The notes: generated from the letters alone by a model not told the origin. A DNA stretch of 48,369 nucleotides from Nitrospirota bacterium (GCA_023248295.1 JAHFEU010000003.1:1-48369), one strand, 5' to 3'; positions 22,601 to 31,775 are shown, counted from the first letter of the stretch. Numbers and translations: made by a program.

Positions 22601-24576
22601 CCGCTTTCCAGCGGCCCGGGCCGGTAGAGCGCCAGGATCGCGATCAAGTCCTCGAAGCACTCCGGCTTGATCTTCACCAGAAGATTGCGCATGCCGGGAC
22701 TCTCAAGCTGGAAAATCCCCGTGGTGCGTCCGGACGTGAGCAGCCGATAGGTGGCCGGATCATCCAACGGGAGCCGGACGATGTCCAGGGGCTGATCCCG
22801 CTCGCCGGCTGCGGCCCCGCTCGCGCGGCGGGCATTGATGAGCCCGACGGCGTGATTGATCATGGTCAGTGTCTTCAGCCCCAGCAAGTCGAACTTGACC
22901 AGCCCGATTTTCTCGACGTCGCCCATCGGATATTGCGTGACGACTTCGTCGTTGGCGCCCTTGTACAGCGGCACATGATCCGTGAGGGGCTCCTGGGAAA
23001 TCACCACGCCGGCGGCGTGGGTGGAGGCATGCCGCGCCAGCCCCTCCAGCGCCCGCGCGACGGTCATCAGTTCGCCAATCTTCGGATCGGTCTCGGTCAC
23101 TTCCCGGAGGCGAGGTTCCTGCGCCAGCGCGTCTTCCAACGTGATGTTGAGTTGAGCCGGGACTAATTTCGCGACTCGGTCCACCTCCGCGTAGGGAATC
23201 TCCATCACGCGTCCCACGTCGCGAATCGCGGCCTTTGCGCCGAGCGTTCCGAACGTGATGATCTGGCAGACGTGATCCTCGCCGTACTTGTCGATCACGT
23301 AGTTGATCACCTCGGCGCGGCGGTCCATACAGAAATCCATGTCGATGTCCGGCATGGTGACCCGCTCGGGGTTCAGGAAGCGTTCGAACAGCAGGTGGTA
23401 CGCGAGCGGATCGATGTCGGTGATCCTGAGCGCATACGCCACCAGGCTGCCGGCCGCTGAGCCGCGGCCCGGTCCGACCGGGATGCCGCGTGAGCGCGCG
23501 AAGTTGATGATGTCCCAGACGATCAGGAAGTACCCCGCATAGCCCATCGTGATGATGACCGTGAGCTCTTCCCGCAGGCGCCCCTCATAAGCCTCGGCCG
23601 GCACCGTGCCGGGCCGCTCCCGCAAGCGGTCCGCCAGCCCCCGCGTGGCCAGCGTTTCCAGATAACTTTCCCGGGTGTATCCGTCAGGCACCCGGTATTG
23701 GGGGAGGTACGAGGTGTTAAACGCGAGCGTGAGATCGCAGTCCTCTGCGATCCGGCAGGTGTTGCGCACCGCCTCCGGGACCTCGGCGAACTCCGCCACC
23801 ATCTCGTCGGTGGATTTGACGTAGAGCTGGTCCGTGTCGAACCGGAGCCGGTTGGGATCGTTCAAGGTTTTGCCCGTCTGCAGACAGAGCATGACGTCGT
23901 GCGGGCGCGCGTCCTCCTTCTTCAGATAGTGGCAGTCGTTCGTGCCGGCCAGCGGAATACCGAGCCTCTTGTGGATCTCCATCAGCCCGCGATTCGCGAC
24001 GCGCTGCTGTTCCAGTCCGTTCGCCTGCACCTCGAGGTAGTACTGATCCTTCCCGAAGATGTCCCGATACTCCCCCGCCGCACGGACGGCCCCCTCCATA
24101 TCCTTCTGGCCGATGAGGTACGGGACCTCTCCGCTGAGGCAACCCGAGAGCGCGATCAAGCCGTCATGGTGCTGCTGCAGCAACTCCTTGTCGACCCGCG
24201 GCTTGTAATAGAACCCCTCGAGGTAGGCCTTACTCACCAGTTTGATGAGGTTCTGATACCCGACCCGACTCGAGGCCAACAAGATCAGGTGATAGTAATC
24301 ATTATGGGCGAGGTGCCCTTCCCGGTTCCGTCGGCTTCCGGGGGCCACGTACGCTTCACAGCCGATGATGGGCTTGATCCCCGCGGCTTTCGTCTTCTGG
24401 TAAAACTCGACGGCGCCGAACATGTTGCCGTGGTCCGTGATGGCGACCGCCGGCATGCCGAACGCCCGGACCTGCCGGATGAGCGGATCAATCTGAGTCG
24501 CCCCATCCAGGAGGCTGTACTGCGTGTGCAGATGGAGGTGAACGAATTGGGAAGGCAATGTGAGGAACCTCGGCAA
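19699..24576 (-). CDS. dnaE: DNA polymerase III alpha subunit, interrupted by an intein (1625-aa precursor, 1166-aa exteins)
   Basis: PHP domain start FVHLHLHTQYSLLDGA. Pol III alpha core motifs (GRGSAAGSLVAYALRITDIDP, PDIDMDF). The conserved GYGFNK|SHSAAYA motif is split by a 459-aa insertion. Confidence 0.95.
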   Translation of the reverse strand: MPRFLTLPSQFVHLHLHTQYSLLDGATQIDPLIRQVRAFGMPAVAITDHGNMFGAVEFYQKTKAAGIKPIIGCEAYVAPGSRRNREGHLAHNDYYHLILLASSRVGYQNLIKLVSKAYLEGFYYKPRVDKELLQQHHDGLIALSGCLSGEVPYLIGQKDMEGAVRAAGEYRDIFGKDQYYLEVQANGLEQQRVANRGLMEIHKRLGIPLAGTNDCHYLKKEDARPHDVMLCLQTGKTLNDPNRLRFDTDQLYVKSTDEMVAEFAEVPEAVRNTCRIAEDCDLTLAFNTSYLPQYRVPDGYTRESYLETLATRGLADRLRERPGTVPAEAYEGRLREELTVIITMGYAGYFLIVWDIINFARSRGIPVGPGRGSAAGSLVAYALRITDIDPLAYHLLFERFLNPERVTMPDIDMDFCMDRRAEVINYVIDKYGEDHVCQIITFGTLGAKAAIRDVGRVMEIPYAEVDRVAKLVPAQLNITLEDALAQEPRLREVTETDPKIGELMTVARALEGLARHASTHAAGVVISQEPLTDHVPLYKGANDEVVTQYPMGDVEKIGLVKFDLLGLKTLTMINHAVGLINARRASGAAAGERDQPLDIVRLPLDDPATYRLLTSGRTTGIFQLESPGMRNLLVKIKPECFEDLIAILALYRPGPLESGMVDDFIKRKRDPSQISYDPPALEPILKETYGVIVYQEQVMAVANRLAGFSLGQADLLRRAMGKKKPEDMDKQKALFLQGAKKNHLSEKKAEKLFDLMAYFAGYGFNKCVMGDTALLDAMTGEWTTVRALFDAPHPFTVHALGPDQKLHPQAVVDLVSNGRKPVFEMRTMLGKRVTTTGNHPFLTLTGWRNLEDLRPGDRIAVPRRLTVKKGDAWPQHEIIVLAGLLSEGHTCHPTCLYFYGNGTVLVQDFARAGACFADTVARTTTRANGCLEVCLSTGRDTRFKKGMRPWNAPNIETGGASIANPGACLSTERRLSGVFRWAEHLGILGCRAPEKRVPASLFRVQDADLELFLGRLWAGDGFIANETLAVPFYATSSARLAQDVQTLLLRLGIVSRIHHKQFKYRGGLRPGYTVHLLGEHSIETFADRILSHCLGREKQAEQLAQHLGSTARGLTSKDTVPSEVRRWVDEERRRRGLTWKELEARSGVSMKEFLGKGSRVKRGFYRSTLARLAAFFGCQRLEDIATSDIFWDRIVAIEARGEQETYDLTVEEDANFVADGLIVHNSHSAAYALVTYQTAYLKAHAPTEFLAALLTSEMGNADKMVGYFTECRDLGLRVLPPDVNESQKDFTVVEDGIRFGLAAIKNVGEGAVESIIATRNETGRFRSFSDFCRRIDLRKVNKRVLEGLIKVGAFDSTGARRAQLAAALDQTLDDAAAVQRERECGQTSIFGETGGEGAVAADLAAPALLDLPEWDQDQMLKYERELTGFYISSHPLARYAGAIQKFATSSSEGLSEVGDGREVKLCGIITGIRTMMTKKGDRMAYFQLEDMHGLVEVIAFPDLYKAAGALIVPESVIRVTGTVERAEKGTRLKGTRIESLTELQARAVARVNIRFEDRPMTSARLAELREVLRRYPGPASIYFTFYLSSNLEADTAPLPDLTVLPTATFVAEVEEVLGKGAVALL
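20902..22278 (-). mobile_element. DnaE intein (459 aa) with a LAGLIDADG homing-endonuclease domain
   Basis: Insertion starts with Cys (codon 22276-22278, residue 767: FNK|CVMGDTALLD) and ends with HN (Asn codon 20902-20904), followed by +1 Ser (LIVHN|SHSAAYA). Block B TTGNHPF is present. Two LAGLIDADG motifs (IIVLAGLLSEGH, LFLGRLWAGDGFI). Length is an exact multiple of three. Confidence 0.9.
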
Positions 24577-24705
24577 AAATTGTAATCGGACGCGTGGGCG
24601 ATGTCAACGAAAAGAGGGGAAGGAATCCCGTCGCCGATCAGGCCGGGCCGATGGCTCGTGAGGCACCATTAGGTAAAAGAGCCCACACTCAGCCTCCGCG
24701 CCGCC

Positions 24706-24734
24706 TTGAACTTCAGGGGCGCATCTGTTATTCT
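24706..24734 (+). promoter_or_regulatory. sigma70-like promoter candidate for purH (TTGAAC-17 nt-TATTCT)
   Basis: Motifs at 24706-24711 and 24729-24734 in the dnaE/purH divergent intergenic region. Confidence 0.3.
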
Positions 24735-24781
24735 GGCCCCTCGTTTTGAGCCGGAGGCGGCTCAGGAGTGAGGGCGGCAGG

Positions 24782-26332
24782 ATGGCCGGTCTGCAGCGGG
24801 CGTTGATCAGCGTCTCGAATAAAACGGGGGTCGTGGACCTGGCCCGAGGCCTGGTGGGGCTGGGCGCAGAAATCCTCTCCACCGGCGGCACCGCGAAGAC
24901 CTTGCGGGACGCCGGCATTCCGGTGACCGATGTGGCAGCCTACACCGGATCACCGGAAATCCTGGATGGTCGGGTCAAGACGCTGCACCCGAAGATCCAC
25001 GGAGGACTGCTCGGTCGCCGCGGCGATCCCAAGCACGCGGCCGAGATGCAACGGCACGGGATCGGCCCGATCGACGTGCTGGTGGTCAATCTCTATCCGT
25101 TCGAGGAGGCGATCTCGCGACCAGACTGCACGGTTGAGCACGCGATCGAGCACATCGACATCGGTGGCCCCTCGATGCTGCGCGCCGCCGCCAAAAATCA
25201 TGACGAGGTGCTCGTCCTTGTGGACCCGGCCGATTACACCCGCGCGCTGGACGCGCTCAAAGCCGGGACGGTGACGGCCGGGCTTCGGCGCGAACTGGCG
25301 ACGAAAGTCTTTCAGCATACGGCGCGCTACGACAGCCTGATCGCCGGCTACCTGGAACGACTCGACCCACGCGCCGGAAAGTTTCCGGCGGTGCTGTCGC
25401 TGCGCTATGACCGGGTCGATCTGCTGCGATACGGGGAGAATCCGCACCAGCAGGGCGCGTTCTATCGCGAGCCGGGGACGCGCGAGCCCTCCGTGTCGCG
25501 TGCGACCACCCTGCACGGCAAAGCCATGTCGTATAACAACTACCTCGACGCCAATGGGGCGTTGGAGCTGGTGAAGGAGTTCGCCGAGCCGGCCGCGGTG
25601 ATCGTCAAGCATACCAATCCCTGCGGGGTCGCCCTCGGCGCGAGTGTGGCGGACGCCTATGTCCGGGCGCGTGCGACCGATCCGGTGTCTGCCTTCGGCG
25701 GCGTGATCGCGTTCAATCGCCCGGTGGACCTCGCGGCGGCCCAGGAGCTGACGTCCACGTTCATCGAGGTGGTGGTGGCCCCCGAGTACACGGCGGACGC
25801 CCTGACGGAGTTGAAGCGGAAGAAGGATCTCCGGCTGCTGCAGGTCGGACCGCTCACCTCGGGGCTGCGCGAGGGGCTGGACCTGAAAAAAATCGTCGGT
25901 GGCCTGATCGTGCAGGATCGCGATCTGGGCATGCTCAAGGATCTTCGGACCCTTCCCGTGCCGACCAAACGACGTCCCACCGACGAGGAATACGCCGCCT
26001 GTGCGTTCGCCTGGAAGGTATGCAAACACGTGAAGTCCAACGCCATCGTGTATGCGCGAGAGGGGCAGACGATCGGGATCGGCGCGGGGCAGATGAGCCG
26101 GGTTGACTCGGTCAGGCTCGCCAGCACGAAAGCGGTGCTGCCGGTGAAGGGCTGCGTGATGGCGTCGGATGCCTTCTTTCCCTTCCGGGACGGTCTTGAC
26201 GCGGCGGCACAGGCCGGCATCACCGCGGTCATCCAGCCCGGCGGCTCGATCCGCGATCAGGAGGTCGTCACGGCTGCGGACGAGTATCAGATGGCGATGA
26301 TTCTGACCGGCATGCGGCATTTCCGCCATTGA
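24782..26332 (+). CDS. purH: bifunctional AICAR transformylase / IMP cyclohydrolase
   Basis: RALISVSNKTGVVDLARGL...GGTAKTL...VKTLHPKIHGG...VVVNLYPF and the C-terminal ...GGSIRD..VI.AA....AM..TGMRHFRH are PurH signatures. Start at ATG 24782; the ORF-track TTG at 24746 adds 12 aa. Confidence 0.95.
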   Translation: MAGLQRALISVSNKTGVVDLARGLVGLGAEILSTGGTAKTLRDAGIPVTDVAAYTGSPEILDGRVKTLHPKIHGGLLGRRGDPKHAAEMQRHGIGPIDVLVVNLYPFEEAISRPDCTVEHAIEHIDIGGPSMLRAAAKNHDEVLVLVDPADYTRALDALKAGTVTAGLRRELATKVFQHTARYDSLIAGYLERLDPRAGKFPAVLSLRYDRVDLLRYGENPHQQGAFYREPGTREPSVSRATTLHGKAMSYNNYLDANGALELVKEFAEPAAVIVKHTNPCGVALGASVADAYVRARATDPVSAFGGVIAFNRPVDLAAAQELTSTFIEVVVAPEYTADALTELKRKKDLRLLQVGPLTSGLREGLDLKKIVGGLIVQDRDLGMLKDLRTLPVPTKRRPTDEEYAACAFAWKVCKHVKSNAIVYAREGQTIGIGAGQMSRVDSVRLASTKAVLPVKGCVMASDAFFPFRDGLDAAAQAGITAVIQPGGSIRDQEVVTAADEYQMAMILTGMRHFRH

Positions 26333-26461
26333 TTGAGTGGGTGAACACGTCCCTTTCGTTGCGCCGGCCCCGCACGTGTGCGGTGGTTGGCGTCCCTCGC
26401 CGAACAGCCAGTGCGGGCGGGAGGCTCCTCAGTTCCTACCTGACTCTGAGAAGGGTTCTCG

Positions 26462-27739
26462 GTGAAAGTGTTGGTGATCGGCAGCGGAGGGCGCGAACAT
26501 GCCCTCGTTTGGAAGATCGCGCAAAGCCCGCGCGTCTCGGCCCTGTTCTGCGCGCCGGGGAACGCTGGGATCGAGCGGGTGGCGCGCTGCGTCCCGATCG
26601 CCGTGGAGGACATTGCGAGGCTCCGAGCCTTCGTGACGGCGGAAGGCATTGACCTGACGGTCGTCGGACCGGAAGGGCCGCTGGCGCTGGGCATCGTGGA
26701 CGAATTTCGCAAGGAGGACCTGAGGATTTTTGGCCCGACGCGCGGCGCGGCGCGTGTTGAATCCAGCAAAACGTTTGCGAAAGGTCTCATGGTCCGCCAT
26801 CAGATTCCCACGGCTGCGGCTCAGAGTTTTGACGGGCTGACGGCCGCCCTGGCCTATCTGGAGCGTCATCCGCTGCCGGCCGTGGTGAAAGCCGATGGGT
26901 TGGCGCAAGGCAAGGGCGTCGTCGTGGCCACGACACGGGACCAAGCCTACGAGGCCGCGACTGCCATGCTTGAGAAACGAGCCTTCGGCGAGGCGGGGCG
27001 CCGTATCGTCGTCGAACAGTTCCTCGACGGAGAGGAGTTCACGGTCATGGCGTTCACGGACGGGAAGACGGTGCTCCCGATGGTGCCGGCTCAAGATCAC
27101 AAGCGAGTCGGCGACGGGGACACGGGTCCCAACACCGGCGGGATGGGTGCCTATGCGCCGGCGCCGGTCGCAACCCCCGCGCTGCAACTGACGGTCATGC
27201 GAGACGTCCTCCAGCCCATCGTGCAGGCACTGTCCCGCTTGGGGAGCCCCTTCACGGGCGTGCTGTACGCCGGCCTCATGGTCGTGCGCGGGACGCCCTA
27301 TGTCTTGGAGTTCAATGCCCGATTTGGAGACCCGGAGACCCAGGTGGTCCTCCCCCTGTTGAAGACCGATCTCATCGACGTGATGGAGGCCGTGATCGCG
27401 CACCGCTTGGACCAACTGACGTTGGAATGGCACGCGCACACCGCGGTGTGCGTCGTGCTGACTGCGGCCGGCTACCCGGGCGCCTACGCAACGGGCGCGC
27501 CGATTCGAGGCTTGTCTCAGGAGCCTTCGTCCGAGGACACCCTCATCTTTCACGCCGGAACGAAGCGACAGGGGAACGACGTCGTCACCGCAGGCGGCCG
27601 GGTCTTGGGAGTGACCGGCATGGGCCCCAGCCTGGCCGTCGCCAGAGAGCGCGCGTACCGAGTCGCACGTGCGATTGCCTTCGATGGCTGTCATCTCCGG
27701 TCGGACATCGCCACCCGCGCGCTCCAATCGGTCAGCTGA
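26462..27739 (+). CDS. purD: phosphoribosylamine-glycine ligase
   Basis: (V)KVLVIGSGGREHALVWKIAQSP...VVKADGLAQGKGVVV...EFNARFGDPETQ are PurD signatures. GTG start. Confidence 0.95.
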   Translation: MKVLVIGSGGREHALVWKIAQSPRVSALFCAPGNAGIERVARCVPIAVEDIARLRAFVTAEGIDLTVVGPEGPLALGIVDEFRKEDLRIFGPTRGAARVESSKTFAKGLMVRHQIPTAAAQSFDGLTAALAYLERHPLPAVVKADGLAQGKGVVVATTRDQAYEAATAMLEKRAFGEAGRRIVVEQFLDGEEFTVMAFTDGKTVLPMVPAQDHKRVGDGDTGPNTGGMGAYAPAPVATPALQLTVMRDVLQPIVQALSRLGSPFTGVLYAGLMVVRGTPYVLEFNARFGDPETQVVLPLLKTDLIDVMEAVIAHRLDQLTLEWHAHTAVCVVLTAAGYPGAYATGAPIRGLSQEPSSEDTLIFHAGTKRQGNDVVTAGGRVLGVTGMGPSLAVARERAYRVARAIAFDGCHLRSDIATRALQSVS

Positions 27740-27783
27740 ACGCAGAGGACACACCGGTGGAAAAGATCGATTCGGGAGCAGCA

Positions 27784-28431
27784 ATGGCAACGATGCTGAC
27801 CGTGCGCGGTGAGCCATCCGATCGGATGGCGGAGCACGTCGCGCAGCTCGTTCGCCGCGGCGGACTCGTGGCCATCCCCACCGAAAGTTTCTACGCGTTA
27901 GGGGCGGCCGCCTTGGACGCCGCGGCCGTCCGTCGCGTGCGCGCGATCAAGGGACGGGCCGATGGGAAACCGATCCTCGTGGTGATCTCGGATCGGGCCC
28001 AACTGGATCCGCTGGTGGCTGAGATCACGCCGGCCGCGTCTCTGTTGATCACACAGTTCTGGCCGGGACCACTGACGATTATTTTCCCGGCTTCCCCGCT
28101 GCTGCCCGACGTGCTGACCGCGGGAACCGGCACAGTGGGGGTCCGGCAGACCGCCGACGCGGTCCTGGTCCGGTTGCTCCGTCAGACGGGGCCGTTGACC
28201 GGTACCAGCGCCAACCGTTCAGGGCAGCCGCCGGCGCGATCGGCTGAGGAAGTGCAAGCGAGCCTGGGATCCGAGCTGGACATGATCGTGGATGCCGGCC
28301 CGACATCGGGTGGCCCGCCGTCCACCATCATTGACGCCGTGGGGCCGATCCGGCTCTTGCGGGAAGGCCCGATTTCCCGTCAACAGATCGCCGCAGTCCT
28401 GGCTCAGTCGGGCATGAGCTTGGTGTCATAA
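27784..28431 (+). CDS. tsaC: L-threonylcarbamoyladenylate synthase (Sua5/YrdC/YciO family)
   Basis: GGLVAIPTESFYALGAAA...IKGR...KPILVVI...FWPGPLTII...GVR...TSANRSGQPP are YrdC-domain signatures. Start at ATG 27784 (GGGAG upstream). The ORF-track start at 27427 lies inside purD in another frame. Confidence 0.85.
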   Translation: MATMLTVRGEPSDRMAEHVAQLVRRGGLVAIPTESFYALGAAALDAAAVRRVRAIKGRADGKPILVVISDRAQLDPLVAEITPAASLLITQFWPGPLTIIFPASPLLPDVLTAGTGTVGVRQTADAVLVRLLRQTGPLTGTSANRSGQPPARSAEEVQASLGSELDMIVDAGPTSGGPPSTIIDAVGPIRLLREGPISRQQIAAVLAQSGMSLVS

Positions 28432-28520
28432 TCATCTCGGTGCAGAAGAGGCGGAGGCGAAGACTCGTTAGACAGCAGGGCGATCGTTCCGGCACAGTCG
28501 TCTAACAGGGAGGGAAGGGC

Positions 28521-28901
28521 ATGAGAAGGAAGCGGCTAGGCATGGTGCTGGGGTCGGTGATGTTGGCGGGGTCCATGGGGGTCGGGCTGAGTGGCTGTGA
28601 TTACTGGCCGCCGGCGCTCCAAGCTCAGATCGAGCAACTGCGGGCTGAGTCGCAAGGCTTCGCGGCTGAGCGTGCGAAGTTTGAGAGTCAACTCGCGCAA
28701 ACCGCCAGAATGAGGGATGAGCTGCAGGCCCGGGTCACTGAGCTCACGAATCAGAATCAGGCTCTCACCGGGAAGCTCACCGCGCTCGAGCAGGGCCTGG
28801 CAGCCGAGCGGGAGAAGGCCGCGAAGATGGGCAAACCGGCCGCAAAAGGCAGCGCAAAGGCCAAAGGCGGCAAGAAGCCTGTCGCCAAGAAGCGGCCGTA
28901 G
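28521..28901 (+). CDS. coiled-coil lipoprotein with Lys-rich C-terminus
   Basis: SD GGGAGGGAAGGGC before the ATG. Lipobox GLSGC. Heptad-like QAQIEQLRAE...LQARVTELTNQNQALTGKLTALEQGL. Tail KPAAKGSAKAKGGKKPVAKKRP. Confidence 0.75.
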   Translation: MRRKRLGMVLGSVMLAGSMGVGLSGCDYWPPALQAQIEQLRAESQGFAAERAKFESQLAQTARMRDELQARVTELTNQNQALTGKLTALEQGLAAEREKAAKMGKPAAKGSAKAKGGKKPVAKKRP

Positions 28902-28908
28902 CGCGTGA

Positions 28909-29298
28909 TCACGACTTTTTGGGGGATGAAGGGGAGGACGAGCCGGAGGGAGTAGCTGCGGTCGCCGGCGCGGGTCCGGGGCTGGACCCGGTCCCGGCAG
29001 GCGTCCCCGCTGATCCGGTCGCTGCGGGAGCGGGCGCGTCGCCCGGTTTGGCGGAATCAGCTCCTTTCTGGCCGTCGGCGGGTTTGTCCGCCGACTCCGC
29101 TTGCGCCGGCGGCTTGAGCTTGTCGGAGTAATCGGTCACATACCAGCCGCCCCCCTTGAACATGATGGCGGAGGGCGAGATCAGTTTGGTCACCGTCTTT
29201 CCACACCGGACGCAAGCCGACACCGGCGCATCGCTCATCTTTTGTCTCACCTCAAACCGGTGCTGGCAACTGGGACACAGGTATTCGTAAATCGGCAC
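28909..29298 (-). CDS. FmdB-family zinc-ribbon protein with Pro/Ala/Gly/Ser-rich tail
   Basis: MPIYEYLCPSCQHRFEVRQKMSD...CVRCG is the CxxC_CxxC_SSSS (FmdB) signature. Confidence 0.8.
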   Translation of the reverse strand: MPIYEYLCPSCQHRFEVRQKMSDAPVSACVRCGKTVTKLISPSAIMFKGGGWYVTDYSDKLKPPAQAESADKPADGQKGADSAKPGDAPAPAATGSAGTPAGTGSSPGPAPATAATPSGSSSPSSPKKS

Positions 29299-29308
29299 GT
29301 GCGACCTC

Positions 29309-30502
29309 TCAGGCCAACTTGTCGAGCGCGGCGTTCATCCGATCCACGCCTCGCCTGATCGCCTCCTCGCTTGTCGCGTAGGACAGCCGGAGGTGAGCGG
29401 GGCTTCCGAACGGCTCACCCGGCACGACCGCGACCCGCGCATCCTTCAGGAAATAATCGGCGAGGTCCGCGGCGGTGGAGATCTTGCCGCGATCACTCCG
29501 CCGACCGAACACGCCGGCCACGTTCGGGAAAGCGTAGAAGGCTCCCGCCGGCATGCGGCAACTGATTCCCGGCATCTCGTTCAGCCGCTCGACGATCAGC
29601 CGACGTCGACGATCGAATTCCGCCACCATCTGCCGGGTGAATGCGTCGCCGCCCCGGAGCGCGGCGACGGCAGCTTTCTGCGAGATCGAGGACGGATTCG
29701 ACGTGCTCTGGCTTTGAATGTTGGCCATGGCCGTGATGAGCTCTTTCGGCCCCGCGGCATACCCGATCCGCCACCCGGTCATCGCATACGCTTTCGACAC
29801 CCCGTTCACGACCACGGTGCGCGCGGCCACGTCCGGCCCCAACGCCGCGATACTGATGTGACGGGCGCCGTCGTAGATGATTTTCTCGTAGATCTCGTCG
29901 GAGACCACGATCAGGCCGTGCCGCAGCGCCACCTCCGCGATCGCTTCGAGCGTGGCGCGATCGTAGATCGCACCGGTGGGATTACACGGACTATTCACGA
30001 TGATGGCCTTGGTCCGCGGTGTGACACAGGATTCCAGCTTGGCCCGGTCGACCGCGTACCCCTCCGCCTCCCGCGTCTCCAGGAGTACCGGCGTGGCATC
30101 GTTGAGCAGGACCTGGTCTCGGTACGACACCCAGAACGGGGTGGGGATGATCACTTCATCGCCAGCTTCCAACAGGGCCTCGGCCACGTTGTATAACGAG
30201 TGCTTGGCGCCGCAGGAGACGAGAACCTGCGAGAGGTCATACCGCAGCCCCTGCTCGGCCTCCAGTTTCTCTGCGATCGCGCGTTTCAGCTCGTCAATGC
30301 CGGAGGAAGCGGTGTACTTGGTAAAGCCGCTCCGGATCGCCGCTTCCGCCTCAGCTTTCACCAGATCCGGCGTATCAAAATCCGGCTCCCCCGACGCGAA
30401 ATCGACCACGTCGATCCCCTGCGCAATCAACGCCTTGGCCGTGGCCATGAGGCTGAGGGTCGGGGAGGGGACAATCCGCCCCGCGCGGGCTGCCAGTTTC
30501 AT
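29309..30502 (-). CDS. pyridoxal-phosphate-dependent aminotransferase, class I (aspartate aminotransferase-like)
   Basis: DFASGEPDFDTP, NSPCNPTG and the Schiff-base lysine motif SKAYAMTGWRIGY. Confidence 0.9.
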   Translation of the reverse strand: MKLAARAGRIVPSPTLSLMATAKALIAQGIDVVDFASGEPDFDTPDLVKAEAEAAIRSGFTKYTASSGIDELKRAIAEKLEAEQGLRYDLSQVLVSCGAKHSLYNVAEALLEAGDEVIIPTPFWVSYRDQVLLNDATPVLLETREAEGYAVDRAKLESCVTPRTKAIIVNSPCNPTGAIYDRATLEAIAEVALRHGLIVVSDEIYEKIIYDGARHISIAALGPDVAARTVVVNGVSKAYAMTGWRIGYAAGPKELITAMANIQSQSTSNPSSISQKAAVAALRGGDAFTRQMVAEFDRRRRLIVERLNEMPGISCRMPAGAFYAFPNVAGVFGRRSDRGKISTAADLADYFLKDARVAVVPGEPFGSPAHLRLSYATSEEAIRRGVDRMNAALDKLA

Positions 30503-30987
30503 GGGTGGTGCCTCCGCAGCCGCTGGTGCAGGCGTTTCGCCACCTCGGGATGGACAAAATCTTTCACGGGGCCTCCCAGGCTGGCGACCTCCTTGATGAT
30601 GCTGGAGGTGAGATAGGAATACTCTTCTCTCGGCATGAAGAAGACCGATTCGACCGTTTGGTCCAGCCTCCGATTGATGAGGGCCATTTGGAATTCGTGC
30701 TCGAAGTCGGAGATAGCCCGCAGTCCCCGGATCACCGCCCGCGCGCCGCGCTGCCTGACGTACTGCACCAGGAGCCCCTCAAAGGGCTCGACCTCCACCT
30801 GCGCCAGGTCCTTGGTGGCCAGCTTCACCATCTCCACGCGCTCCGCCAAGTCAAACAGGGGGCTCTTGCCGAGGTTGGGCGCGACGGCAACGATCACCTT
30901 GTCGAAGACCCGGAGGCTCCGGGTGATGATATCGGTATGACCGTGGGTGATGGGATCGAACGTGCCGGGGTACACCCCTATGTTCAT
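30499..30987 (-). CDS. coaD: phosphopantetheine adenylyltransferase
   Basis: MNIGVYPGTFDPITHGHTDII...ISSS.IKEV are CoaD signatures. ATGA overlaps on both sides. Confidence 0.95.
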   Translation of the reverse strand: MNIGVYPGTFDPITHGHTDIITRSLRVFDKVIVAVAPNLGKSPLFDLAERVEMVKLATKDLAQVEVEPFEGLLVQYVRQRGARAVIRGLRAISDFEHEFQMALINRRLDQTVESVFFMPREEYSYLTSSIIKEVASLGGPVKDFVHPEVAKRLHQRLRRHHP

Positions 30988-31556
30988 GGGGAGGGGGTCC
31001 CCTTCACGTTGACCCCGAACACCGACAGGGTGGTGTCGCCATAGCCATATTCGCGCACGAGGGTCAGACGGCCAACCTGGGAGGGAAGTGGCAGTTTGGT
31101 GAACCGTTCGAGGATCACGGTCGATTCGGTCGTTATGATAGCAGCTTGATCCAGCGATGGCAACAATGTCGCCCCGGTGCCGGTGTGGTAGGGCGGGTCC
31201 GCAAACACAATATCATAAGGACCCCCCACCGGCTCCAGCCGTCGGAGGAAGACGCCTGCACGACAGGCCTGAATGTCCGCCGATCCTCCCAGCCCACACC
31301 GCTCCAGGTTGGCGCGTAGGACACGGAGGGCGGTCGGGTTCGATTCGACGAAGGTGACCCACCGGGCGCCACGGCTGAGCGCCTCGATCCCGATCGCCCC
31401 GGTTCCCGCGTAGAGATCCAGGAACCGCGCTCCCTCGACTCGGGGTCCCAGGATGGCAAACAATGCCTCCTTGACACGATCCGCGGTCGGACGCAAGCCA
31501 GCCCCTTTGGGTCCCGCAAGCCGACGTCCCTTCTGAAGCCCGGCAATGACGCGCAT
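30984..31556 (-). CDS. rsmD: 16S rRNA (guanine966-N2)-methyltransferase
   Basis: MRVIAGLQKGRRL....GLRPTADRVKEALF..LG, LDLYAGTGAIGIEALSRGA and DIVFADPPY. Start at ATG 31556 (GGGGAGG 5 nt upstream). The ORF-track start adds 32 aa. Confidence 0.85.
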   Translation of the reverse strand: MRVIAGLQKGRRLAGPKGAGLRPTADRVKEALFAILGPRVEGARFLDLYAGTGAIGIEALSRGARWVTFVESNPTALRVLRANLERCGLGGSADIQACRAGVFLRRLEPVGGPYDIVFADPPYHTGTGATLLPSLDQAAIITTESTVILERFTKLPLPSQVGRLTLVREYGYGDTTLSVFGVNVKGTPSP

Positions 31557-31711
31557 CGCGCCTCCCCTCACGCGCACAGTGGCTGGACTGTACCATACCG
31601 TTTTTTTGACGGTCAAGGTGGAGGAGGCTCGACGCGAGGGGTGACGATTCACTGCCCCGGCAGCGCTCCTGCGGGCGGACCGGACGCCCCTGGCCGGCCG
31701 TTGTAACAGCT

Positions 31712-31740
31712 TTGACGGGTCCGGAATTGGTAGGTATAAT
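31712..31740 (+). promoter_or_regulatory. near-consensus sigma70 promoter (TTGACG-17 nt-TATAAT) with no plus-strand ORF behind it
   Basis: -35 TTGACG at 31712-31717, exactly 17-nt spacer, perfect -10 TATAAT at 31735-31740. The next plus-strand gene (radC) is ~450 nt away, and a minus-strand ORF lies in between. Confidence 0.4.
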
Positions 31741-31743
31741 GCT

Positions 31744-31775
31744 CCCCCCTCATCGGCCTGGTCCTGTGAGGGGGG
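31744..31775. other. GC-rich hairpin (9-bp stem cccccctca / tgagggggg, 14-nt loop)
   Basis: Perfect complementarity, 31744-31752 with 31767-31775. Lies ~50 nt downstream of the minus-strand zinc-ribbon ORF and immediately after the plus-strand TATAAT box. Confidence 0.5.

Noticed and set aside
27427-27783. N-terminal 119-aa extension of the tsaC ORF in the track
   Set aside because: The extension overlaps the 3' third of purD in another frame and is Arg-rich. ATG 27784 with an SD gives a normal-length YrdC-domain protein.
24950-27817. 459-aa and 462-aa minus-strand ORFs opposite purH and purD
   Set aside because: These are shadow ORFs. PurH and PurD signatures on the plus strand are unequivocal.
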